Source: an uncultured Lentisphaerales bacterium (lineage in GTDB: Bacteria; Verrucomicrobiota; Lentisphaeria; JABSQK01; UBA12247). From it: DNA of 64,000 nucleotides. The stretch is taken from the NCBI GenBank assembly GCA_943788985.1, contig CALSSJ010000023.1, positions 32,001 through 96,000 on the forward strand, given 5' to 3'. Below, piece after piece: positions 19,553-28,502 of this stretch (the stretch's first letter is position 1; every line of letters begins with the position of its first letter). Made by a program: the position numbers and the translations under genes. The notes below the pieces were generated by a model. That model was given only the letters and a program-made list of their open reading frames with translations. It ran no database searches and was not told the origin of the DNA.

Positions 19553-20739
19553 GGCTGCTCGGCTGCCAGCTGTTCCACGAGGCTGCGGTCGAGCGCATTG
19601 AGGTTGGTCACGGAACCGAGTGGATTTGGCAGGGCAATGGAGAGTTCGCCGCCGAGATGCTCGCGAAACTCGTCAAGCCCCTGCCAGACCGCCTGGAAGT
19701 CGGTCTGCAGCAGTGTGTGTGTGGTCGGCAGTCCGACGGCCCGCAAGGCACCCACCACACGATCGCAGTCCGCCTTCTCGATGAGCCTGACTCGAGCTGC
19801 GTAGCGGAGATCAAGCGCGACGCCAATGGCCACGGCCTCGCCGTGCAGTAAGGAAAAGTCGGTGAGACATTCGAGACGGTGGGCGGACCAATGGCCAAAG
19901 TCCAGAGGCCGACTCGTCCCTTGCTCGAACGGATCGCCGCCCGCGCAGATGTGGGCCATGTGCAGTTGAGCCGTGCGCTCAATCATGTGGGCCTCTGCCT
20001 CCGCTTCGCGGTTGCGCAGTTCGCACACATGGTCGCAAAGCCAGTCGAGGAAGTCTCGGTCCTTGATGATGCCCACTTTGAATGCCTCGGCGAGGCCACT
20101 TACCCAGGTGCGCTGATCAAGCGTAGGCAGGAAATCATAGTCACAGACGACTAGATCCGGGACTTTGAAGGCGCCCCAGAAATTCTTGGTGCCGAAGCCA
20201 TTTATGCCATTCTTCACACCGACCCCGGAATCGTTCATGGACAGGACGGTGGTAGGCATGCGCACCAGGCGGAGTCCGCGATGGGCGGTGGCAGCGACAA
20301 AGCCAACGGCGTCCAGCACGGCACCGCCCCCAATGGCGATCAGATAGGAATGGCGACAGAGCTTGTGGTCCCGAATCCAGCCACCAAGGTCCTCGATCAC
20401 TGGCCATCCGGCTTTGGCTGCCTCGCCGCCAGCGATGGTGCGAATGTCGATGAGCTGGAGTGCCGGCGCATGGCGAGCGGCCCAACGACGAATACGATCG
20501 AAGAGCCCGGGGTGCGCCACCGCAACATTCTCATCGATTACCACAGCGATCCGTGCGGGTACCATTTCGTCCGGAAGCCAGGCATAGTCGTCAAAGGCGC
20601 CGCGCAGGAAATGCACGGCGTAGGCCGCCTCTAGGGTGAAGCGGCTGCTTTGGATGTTGGTCGCGGCAATGGTGGGCAAAGTAAGAATCCCCGACGGCTG
20701 AAAAGCCTCAATTTCTACAGGAGCGCGCCGGGCGTGCAA
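19549..20739 (-). CDS. 3-dehydroquinate synthase family sugar-phosphate cyclase (EboD-like subtype); start uncertain
   Basis: GGEAAK, RHSYLIAIGGGAVLD, PTTVLSMNDSGVGVKNG, DFGHWSAH, LLHGEAV motifs. Confidence 0.85.
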   Translation of the reverse strand: MHARRAPVEIEAFQPSGILTLPTIAATNIQSSRFTLEAAYAVHFLRGAFDDYAWLPDEMVPARIAVVIDENVAVAHPGLFDRIRRWAARHAPALQLIDIRTIAGGEAAKAGWPVIEDLGGWIRDHKLCRHSYLIAIGGGAVLDAVGFVAATAHRGLRLVRMPTTVLSMNDSGVGVKNGINGFGTKNFWGAFKVPDLVVCDYDFLPTLDQRTWVSGLAEAFKVGIIKDRDFLDWLCDHVCELRNREAEAEAHMIERTAQLHMAHICAGGDPFEQGTSRPLDFGHWSAHRLECLTDFSLLHGEAVAIGVALDLRYAARVRLIEKADCDRVVGALRAVGLPTTHTLLQTDFQAVWQGLDEFREHLGGELSIALPNPLGSVTNLNALDRSLVEQLAAEQP

Positions 20740-20768
20740 CCAGAGCCGGACAGAGAAACACAGTTAGG

Positions 20769-21188
20769 CTATTTTTCGCTCTTCTCTTTCCGCAGTGCTT
20801 TTAGCTTGTGGGTGTCTCCAACCAGGCAGACGCCGCCGCATTGGGGGCACATTTTGGCGGACATTTCTACGTTCCCGTCTCGAAACGTCCAGAACTTCGT
20901 CTCCCTCGGACGGAAGTAGATTTTTCCGGTGCTTTGCACACCACCGTCAACGATTCCGTCGTGATTGCAGTAGGGGCAAAGATGCAACGCGGTCTGGGCA
21001 TCGCGCTCGCTTGGAAACACGCGAACCATGGCGTCGAGATCTTCTTGGAGGAAGCGGGTAGAGTCGCCTACTTTGCGAAAGGTGATTTTCTTCTCTCGCA
21101 TCCAGCGATACAGCGTCGGCTCGCCGATTTCCAGATAAGCGGCGGCGTCTTTAATCGTGTACCAGTCTGGACGGTCATTGGAAGGCAT
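20769..21188 (-). CDS. Excisionase-type HTH protein with C-terminal zinc ribbon
   Basis: WYTIKDAAAYLEIGEPTLYRWM HTH; CPYC...CPQC. Confidence 0.8.
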   Translation of the reverse strand: MPSNDRPDWYTIKDAAAYLEIGEPTLYRWMREKKITFRKVGDSTRFLQEDLDAMVRVFPSERDAQTALHLCPYCNHDGIVDGGVQSTGKIYFRPRETKFWTFRDGNVEMSAKMCPQCGGVCLVGDTHKLKALRKEKSEK

Positions 21189-21302
21189 ACCTAGTTCCTA
21201 CGCAAAAGTTAAAGAGAAAACTACGACACGATAGCTCAAGATCGCGTACTGACAAGATGGCTGTGGCGACATACGCTGATTACGCGCCCGGTAGTACCGT
21301 TC

Positions 21303-21470
21303 CTAGCGGCCTAGCGGGCTTAGCTGAATCTGCTGCAAAATCGAGCAGTCGACACCATCTCTTAGCCCGTTTCGGTTGTATATGGCCCATATACGCCCTT
21401 CAACGGGCCAATTCTGGCGCTCGATTGCTCGATTTCTCGCTACGATCCCCTAAGTCCCACAAGCTGCTAG
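21303..21470. other. ~170-nt imperfect inverted repeat (rod-like hairpin); candidate ncRNA or MITE
   Basis: Nested pairing 21303-21323/21450-21470 and 21338-21352/21421-21435, TTAGCCCGTT/AACGGGCCAA, apical GTATATGG-C-CCATATAC. Confidence 0.55.
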
Positions 21471-21511
21471 AAAACAAAAACGCAAGCGAACGCCTGCAAG
21501 GAGATGAGAGA

Positions 21512-21763
21512 GTGCCCACATACGACTACGAGTGCCCGGCGACCGGCGAGGTTGTGGAAGTGCGCCACGGAATGATGGAATCGCTGGAGACTTGGGGCCA
21601 GCTGTGCGCGCGCGCAGAGCAGCCTCTGGGCTCGACGCCGCCCGATGCTCCCGTACGACGCAAGTTGAGCGGCGGCAACCTAATGGTCAAGGGCGGGGCT
21701 GCACCACCGCCATCACCTAGCGCCGGCGGCGGTGGCTGTAGGCCATCTTGCGGCTGCTGCTGA
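21512..21763 (+). CDS. FmdB-family zinc-ribbon regulatory protein
   Basis: GTG start after AGGAG; MPTYDYECP, C-terminal GGGGCRPSCGCC. Confidence 0.8.
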   Translation: MPTYDYECPATGEVVEVRHGMMESLETWGQLCARAEQPLGSTPPDAPVRRKLSGGNLMVKGGAAPPPSPSAGGGGCRPSCGCC

Positions 21764-21776
21764 ACCGAGAAGAATC

Positions 21777-22961
21777 ATGCAGATTCTACTAGGAATCACG
21801 GGTGGTATCGCGGCGTACAAAATGGTGGACGTCTCGAGTACGCTGCGGCAGCGGGGATGCGATGTCCGCGTTGCGATGACCCCCAGTGCACAGGCTTTTG
21901 TACAGCCGACTACGTTCGCGGCCGTCTCAGGCGCAGGGGTTCTGACTGAGATGTTCGGCGATGCACGCACGGATGACCTAAAGGCGCATTACCCCCACCT
22001 GTACCCGGCGATGGAGGCAGACGCCTTTGTGCTCGCACCGGCCACAGCCAACACGATTGCGAAGATCGCGACCGGAATCGCCGACAACGTGGTGACCTGC
22101 TCGGCGATCTCGCTGCCAAAATCTGCCCGGCGATTCTTTTGCCCGGCGATGAACGCGCGCATGTGGGAGCAGGATGTCGTGCAGGAGAACGCGGCCTTGC
22201 TTCGTGAACGAGGCTGGCAGCAACTGGGCCCGGATAACGGACACCTGGCCTGCGGAGTGCTGGGAGCAGGCCGCATGGTCGATCCCGCGAGTATCGTAGA
22301 AGCGGTCCTAGCGACCGAGGACCGGGTGCTCGCTGGCAAGCGAGTCTTGATCTTGTCCGGCCCGACCCGCGAGCCGATCGATGCGGTGCGCTACATCACC
22401 AACCACAGCAGCGGCCTGATGGGTAAACTCCTCGCGGAGCAGGCTGTGGCGGCAGGTGCGACGGTAGACTTTGTGACCGGCCCGGTGACGACGGAGAATC
22501 TCCCGAGCGGCCCCGGCATCCAGCGGCATCCGGTGGGAACTGCCGCCGAGATGCTCGCTGCTGGTCAAGCGCATTTCGCGGATGCGGACATCGCAATCTT
22601 TGTCGCTGCGGTGGCAGACTTCACCATCTCCGATGCGGACACCGCAATCAAGATGGCGCGTGGTGCAGGCGTTCAGCTTAGCCTGACGCCCACCGTGGAT
22701 ATCGCGGCGACGCTGTCGGCGCAGAAGCGCCCTGATCAGTGCTGCGTGGGGTTTTCGCTCGAGGCCACTGCAGACGTCGAACGGGCAACTGCGAAACGGG
22801 CACGGAAACAGCTCGACGGCATGGTCCTGAATACGGTAGAAGCGATGAACGCCGAGGGTGGTACGTTTACCTGGATCGGGCAGTCTACGTCCGACTGGGG
22901 ACCACTCAGCAAGCGTGAATGTGCCGGGAAGATTCTACAGCAAGTCGCAGCGCTGGTATAG
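21777..22961 (+). CDS. coaBC: Phosphopantothenoylcysteine decarboxylase/synthetase
   Basis: LLGITGGIAAYK, APATANTIAKIA, PAMNARMW, SGPTREPIDAVRYITNHSSG, AAVADF. Confidence 0.96.
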   Translation: MQILLGITGGIAAYKMVDVSSTLRQRGCDVRVAMTPSAQAFVQPTTFAAVSGAGVLTEMFGDARTDDLKAHYPHLYPAMEADAFVLAPATANTIAKIATGIADNVVTCSAISLPKSARRFFCPAMNARMWEQDVVQENAALLRERGWQQLGPDNGHLACGVLGAGRMVDPASIVEAVLATEDRVLAGKRVLILSGPTREPIDAVRYITNHSSGLMGKLLAEQAVAAGATVDFVTGPVTTENLPSGPGIQRHPVGTAAEMLAAGQAHFADADIAIFVAAVADFTISDADTAIKMARGAGVQLSLTPTVDIAATLSAQKRPDQCCVGFSLEATADVERATAKRARKQLDGMVLNTVEAMNAEGGTFTWIGQSTSDWGPLSKRECAGKILQQVAALV

Positions 22962-23147
22962 GAAGCGCTCGGCCTCCCTCCTCTTGCGGTAGCGTGGCCA
23001 AAAATCTTGCTCGGCAGCAAAAGCCTTTAGAGCTTCGTTTTCCTCACCCACGAAGGCCGCGTAGTCCACTGCTCCTGCAGAATCAGGACCTGAAAAATTC
23101 CGCCGTAATGGGTCGATTGCTTTGGCAAAGGATGGTGCCATCGGCAA
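22935..23147 (-). CDS. Possible small hypothetical protein or gene remnant
   Basis: 70-aa ORF between convergent genes; no recognised motif. Confidence 0.25.
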   Translation of the reverse strand: MPMAPSFAKAIDPLRRNFSGPDSAGAVDYAAFVGEENEALKAFAAEQDFWPRYRKRREAERFLYQRCDLL

Positions 23148-23274
23148 CGACCTTCCTAATCCGAACCGCTGATTTCATCTCTCACGCCGTTGTTTACCAT
23201 GTGGGCTTGTTTTCTGTGCAGTAAACCACCCCACACAGTAAACTATTCAATCTCAGCCGCAGTCAGGAGTATGA

Positions 23275-23769
23275 TCAGTACTCCTTAAGGCTGCGAGACG
23301 AAGCGCGCACTAGATCAACGGTTACCGTGATGACGCCAACGTTGTCGCCGGGCTTGCCGTCGTTGCAGCGCAGCCAGACCTCGCCGAAGCCGGTGCTGAT
23401 CATCTCCGCCTCGGTGCCGATGGGAAAGGCCTGGGTATCTCCGATCCGGGCAATGAGCATGCCATGGGATTCGCGCGGCAACGGATTGCGCGCAGGCAAC
23501 CGGATACCCAGCGACGAGTACTCAATTCCATTGGCATTGCAGACTTCTACCTCATCTTTGAGAGACCAGATGCCGTCGGCCTGGAAGCCGATGCGATCGC
23601 CAATGTTCGCGAAGATTCCAGTCTTCTGCCAGCCATCTGAGGCGAAGATCTCGAAGCGCGGCGCGGTAGCCGGCATTTGGATGCGCACGCCCGGCTGATA
23701 GGTTTGCTGCGTGCGGCATCCGCAAAGTAGGCAGACCACGCCAACAATATTCAATAGCTTGCGAGTCAT
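23275..23769 (-). CDS. Lipoprotein with LecA/PA-IL-like jelly-roll domain
   Basis: LLCGC lipobox; WQKTGI..GDRI...ADGIW, LIARIG, LRCND...DNVG pattern; ATGA overlap with cca. Confidence 0.65.
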   Translation of the reverse strand: MTRKLLNIVGVVCLLCGCRTQQTYQPGVRIQMPATAPRFEIFASDGWQKTGIFANIGDRIGFQADGIWSLKDEVEVCNANGIEYSSLGIRLPARNPLPRESHGMLIARIGDTQAFPIGTEAEMISTGFGEVWLRCNDGKPGDNVGVITVTVDLVRASSRSLKEY

Positions 23770-25120
23770 CGTAGTTGCTCCTCTAACCATTCTAAGGCCT
23801 GCTCACGAGAAGTGAGCGCGCCATCCAGCTGTAAATCTTGAGCCTTCCGCAGCAGTTCGCCAATCCTTGGCCCCGGCGCGATGCCGAGCGCCATGGCATC
23901 GCCGCCGCGCAGCAGCGGCTCGGGAACTGGCGGTTCGTTGGCCAGCGCAGCCAGCTCATCCAGGCAAAAGACGTAGTTGTCTAAGATCCCATGGCAGGCC
24001 AAACAGTCGATGCGATGCAGGTCTAGCTCGAGCTCGAAGGTGTCGCGCCCAAACATGCGCCGCAGTGTTGCCTTGCGCATCTTTTTTACGTCGGCAAAGG
24101 ACATGTGGTAGTAGACTAGCTCGCGGACTTGGCGGATGTGCTCATTGGAGGCTTTGAGGCGCTTGAGGATGTCCTCGGCCATGTCCGCGCCGACGGCTGC
24201 GTGACAAGGAAAGGTCTCGCGACCATGGGACCCAATCTCAAAGGTGGGTGGCTTGCCTACATCGTGCAGCAGCACGCCCCAGGCCAACGCCGAACAGGGA
24301 TGCACCATATTGCGCAGCAGCAGCATGTTGTGGACCCAAACGTCCCCTTCCGGGTGATATTCTGGCGGCTGGGTCACGCCATGCATACAGGTCAGCTCCG
24401 GCAGAATCTCTTCCAACAGCCCAAGGCGGTCCAGAAGTTCGAATGCCTCGGCGGGTTGCGCCCCGGTGAGCATCTTGTCTAGTTCCGAAAAAATTCGCTC
24501 GGCGCTGATCTGGGTGATCGAGCCGGAAAACTCCTGAATTGCTGACTCCGCAGCGGAGTCGAGCGGGAACTGAAACCGGGCGGAGAAGCGGACGGCGCGC
24601 AGCATGCGCAGGTAGTCTTCCTCGAAACGACGGGAAGCATCACCGACGGTTCGAATGATGCCCTTTTTAAGGTCTGTCAGGCCGCCGATAAAATCTACGA
24701 TTTCATGGGAAACGGGGTCGTAGAAGAGCGCGTTGATGGTGAAGTCTCGGCGCTTGGCGTCCTCTCGGGCATCGGCAAAGGTTACGCCTTCCGGCCTGCG
24801 GCCATCGACGTAGCCGCCATCAATGCGGAACGTGGCAACTTCGGTTTGGACCTCTTCTCCCACGACGACGATGACGCCAAAGGCAGCGCCGACGGCGACG
24901 TTGCGGCGAAAGAGCTTCTGCACCTGCTTCGGAGTTGCGCCGGTGGCTACGTCTACATCGTTGGGGGCCCGGCCAAGTAGACGGTCGCGGACCGCACCGC
25001 CGACCACATAGGCCCTCGTGACCGTGCTCCCGTAGAGTCTGCACGATGAACGCCGCGTGTTCCTCGGCGGGAGTCAGGCCGGCTTGCTGGCCAGATCTGG
25101 TTATGAATTCGTTCGGACAT
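23766..25120 (-). CDS. cca: CCA-adding tRNA nucleotidyltransferase / poly(A) polymerase family with HD domain (indels in first ~110 nt)
   Basis: VGGAVRD.LLG, DVDVAT, EVATFR, RRDFTINAL, EDYLRMLRAVRF, LLHDVGKP; N-terminus recovered by frame switching. Confidence 0.88.
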
Positions 25121-25180
25121 GGTGAGGTTCTCCGTTCGGCAAATCACCGGCTGATGCCGCACTCGCCTGTTCTTTCAAGC

Positions 25181-25885
25181 TCAACGTCGCCGCAGAGTCG
25201 CTAAAGCGCGCAAAGTAAATAATGCCTCTTTGCGCACCCAGGGAGGGGCGTCCGGAGCTTCGCTTAGTGTTTCGACCGCCTCCAGAAAGCCAGGTGCCTC
25301 GTTGCGGAGTTTACGCACCATATAGACGGACGCCCAGCGCGCCTCCCAGAAGCTGCGCGTCTTTTCCTGGCCTGCGTGGGCGTCTGGATTAAGATGATCG
25401 GCGAGCAGTTGAATCTCTTCGGCACTTTCACCACCTGGCTGCAGGGCGATAATTGCCCCAGCTGCGTAGGTGTGTAGAACCGGGTCTTCGGACCAGAAGA
25501 ACACGCGTCGGATGCTGGCCATAGTCTCGTCTTCGACCTCGCCGAAGTTGGCAAATGCGCGCATCATGAAGGCACGATTTACGGGATCGGGCTCGACGTC
25601 GAAGGCCGCTCGCAGTGCGAACTCCGCAATGCTGCCGTCATGCCGCAGCAACTCAAGAATGTGGGCGGCTCTCCGACGCTCCCATTGATCGCCCCGCAAG
25701 TCACCGCGCAGCATCTCAGCAGTCTGCTCAAGGGTGGCCCGCAGCTTGCGAATCTCTGGCAGAGTTGGGGGGCGGCTTCCAGAATCCCGCCAGGAGGTTT
25801 GCCGAAGTTCTGGTTGACCCCGAGGGGGCGTGACGCATCCACAGAGCGCGCTAGCCAGTAGGCCTAGGCCAATCAGGCTTCGCAT
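25181..25885 (-). CDS. Hypothetical lipoprotein, HEAT-repeat-like
   Basis: ALCGC lipobox; helical repeats (ERRRAAHIL, VRKEALFTL). Confidence 0.6.
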   Translation of the reverse strand: MRSLIGLGLLASALCGCVTPPRGQPELRQTSWRDSGSRPPTLPEIRKLRATLEQTAEMLRGDLRGDQWERRRAAHILELLRHDGSIAEFALRAAFDVEPDPVNRAFMMRAFANFGEVEDETMASIRRVFFWSEDPVLHTYAAGAIIALQPGGESAEEIQLLADHLNPDAHAGQEKTRSFWEARWASVYMVRKLRNEAPGFLEAVETLSEAPDAPPWVRKEALFTLRALATLRRR

Positions 25886-26406
25886 GGGGGCTTGTCTCCC
25901 AGAACGCCCCTGAGAGCCGTGGCCATGCCCTGAAGCCAGAGTAGGACGAAGCTGAACGGGATGAGCGCACGGACGATGCCGCGCAGTGGCAGGCCGTTAT
26001 CGTTGGCACTGGCTTCCCAGCCGGAGGGGAGAAAGGCAGCACGGGTGAACTGCATTCCTTCCCAGATCACCACGCCGCAGAATGGCGTAAGCAGGGCTGC
26101 AACGCCAACGAGATTGATCCAGGCTCGGGTCTTTGGCCTACACTTGTGATAGAACACATCGACGCGCACGTGCCGGTCTTCTGCGAGCGTCATCGGCGCG
26201 GTAAGCAGCAGCAGGCCTGCGAACAGGTGCCAGCCCACTTCCTGCCAGGCGACACTGCCACCACGCAACGCGGAGCTAAGCACATCGATCGCCACAACGG
26301 CAACCAGACCAGCGCCGTACCATGAAATCAGATTACCCAGTGCGAGGTTCGCATCGGTGACGGCCTGACCAACCCGGCGTACCATCAATGCCGCCCCGTG
26401 CGCCAC
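25873..26406 (-). CDS. TRAP transporter small permease (DctQ-like)
   Basis: QEVGWHLF, TLAEDRHVRVDVFY, WEAS...GLP motifs; four TMs. Confidence 0.85.
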   Translation of the reverse strand: MAHGAALMVRRVGQAVTDANLALGNLISWYGAGLVAVVAIDVLSSALRGGSVAWQEVGWHLFAGLLLLTAPMTLAEDRHVRVDVFYHKCRPKTRAWINLVGVAALLTPFCGVVIWEGMQFTRAAFLPSGWEASANDNGLPLRGIVRALIPFSFVLLWLQGMATALRGVLGDKPPCEA

Positions 26407-28497
26407 AGGTAGTACATGAACTCGGAGCGACGACGTCTAGACCTTGGAGTGACGTTTACACCTTTCAGATTTCGCCGACGCTTGCGCACGCGTGCGTCTC
26501 CCGGCGCCCCACCAAGCGTATATTTCTCAACATAGCCTGCCCACGGCAAGCGCGACAAGGCAAGCCAGCGCAGCCACATTCCCAGATAGAGCGCCCAGGC
26601 AAACACGGAGAGAGTCGTCAGCACATACATGCCAGACCAGATCACGCCAGGGCTTCGGTTCGGCCCACTGGGACCGGCCAAGCCAGCGCGCAGAGCGCTT
26701 GGCGAAACCAGAAACTCTACGTGCGGTTCGATGACCTCGGGTACTGCGGTTGGAATCAGCGAGTTGACCACGCCGCAACTAAAGTCAGCCACAAAGGTGG
26801 GAAGCGAGCGTCCACGTACAATCTCAAGGCGCATCACGCCGAAGGACACAGTGAGCACGATCGAAATGGCTAACGCTAGCAGAACGCCATGTAAAAAGGG
26901 AAAACGTCGTATGTCCCGCGTCCAGTGCCTGGCACCATCGCGCAGGTACTTGCTGATCCACTCACGGCTCTCGCCGACAATGCTGGCCTTGCAGATCGAT
27001 GCGTTGCACAAGTGGACTGCGTAGGGGACGCGGTCGCCTTCCTCACGTCGCCAGACGATCTCTCCTGCGGTGGCGAGGCGGGGATCATCCTCTGCGGCAG
27101 CATCGGTGCGCTTCTTTCCCTTCTCTCGCTCCTCGCTGCTGCGCTTCGTCCCTCCTCGCTTCTCGCCGAGTTTTTTTTGGCGCTTGCGGGACGATTTGCT
27201 CTCCTTCCCTTCTGGGTTGACCGCTTTGGGGCGCGTTTCTTCCACCTTCTTGCGCGCCGCTTTGAGTTCATCGCCACGGCGTTGGGCGGCCAGAATCGGC
27301 ATGGGCACAGGATCCGGCTGCGTGATCGCAGGATGCAATTCAGGAACGCGTTTTCTCAGAGCCTGCTTGGCCAGCAGAGAGCCATGATGAACCAGAAGCT
27401 CTGCTTCTAAGGGAGTGATGGGCGTGAACCCATCGCGCAATGCGGCAAGGGCCGGCACGAACTCATCAGGCAGTGCAACCCCAAGTGAGTCATCCGCCTG
27501 CATGGTCAGGTGGGCGAAGGCATAGCTGCTCAATAATTGGCTGCGCTGGCATTCCTGCAGCATCTGCATGCTGCGCCGGCGGTTTGCTGCCTGCAATGCC
27601 GCCACGCACTGGCTACGGCCGCTGTGCCGGATTGCCGAAAGGCTCCCTGAACCATCAGCCACAAGCACGACGATGTCATGCTCTGGGCCGGGGCGCAGAG
27701 TGGGCTGTCGAAACTCTGCGCGAAGGCGATTGTCATGCGGATGGGATAACTCGAAGTAGTCGAGCAATGACTCCAGCCCCAGGCTGTCTACTAGACTGCC
27801 ATCCAACAGCCGGTCTCCGGCCATGTTTACGGGACGCCATTGCCCGGGCGTTGCGCAGGAGGCTCCTACGATCTGGCCAAGTTCCAGCACGTTAATTCCG
27901 CGCTGTGCGATTTGCGCGTCGAGCCCCGTCTCTGGCTCCTGACTGAAGACGCGACGCTGGCCAGTGCCCAAGGAGGCAGTTCCTAGTAGGATCCGGCTGC
28001 CGGTAAACCGAATCTCATCCCCCCCCGCCCGTCACCTCTTGGCGAGGCAAGTCGCCAAGCGTCAGGCTGGGGCGAAAGAAGTGTCGCTGGATCTCAGCGC
28101 CTAGGGCACCATCACCGCCGGCTGTGCCAAGACCGAAAATGCGAAGCGGATGTTGCAAGGGCCGGTAGAGCCCAGCCGCAGCAGCTAGATCATGCGATGC
28201 GAGGGAAATAAACTGGCGGATAATTTCATCCGCGGCTTCTTCGCGCTCGCGAAACGGATTCACCTGCAACTTGCGTTGCATCTCGATCAGGTAATAGGCT
28301 GCTGCCAGAGAGCCGCCGGAGACGGCTGAGATCGCTTCGGCCCTGCCCAAGATTCCGTATGATTCAAGCCGTCGCAGAAATCCAAGGTGGAAGCAACTGG
28401 CACGAAAGCCACTGCCCGAGAGGGCAACGCCGATCCTAGGAGCTAGCGCGGCAGGCTGAGACCTACGCACCGCTCGGGGCGTAGTGGCCGCTTCCAC
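26385..28497 (-). CDS. Patatin-like phospholipase with C-terminal membrane region (frameshift in C-run near 28020)
   Basis: GVALSGSGFRA, SAVSGGS nucleophile motif in ORF 28015-28497; LLDGSLVD motif in ORF 26385-27971. Confidence 0.7.
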
Positions 28498-28502
28498 AGA
28501 AA

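Noticed and set aside
20769..21188. Prophage/ICE suggested by the excisionase-like HTH
   Set aside because: No integrase, att-associated tRNA or phage genes in the window.
21257..21511. N-terminal extension of the FmdB ORF (168 aa)
   Set aside because: Covers the intergenic hairpin; the family start MPTYDY with its RBS is at 21512.
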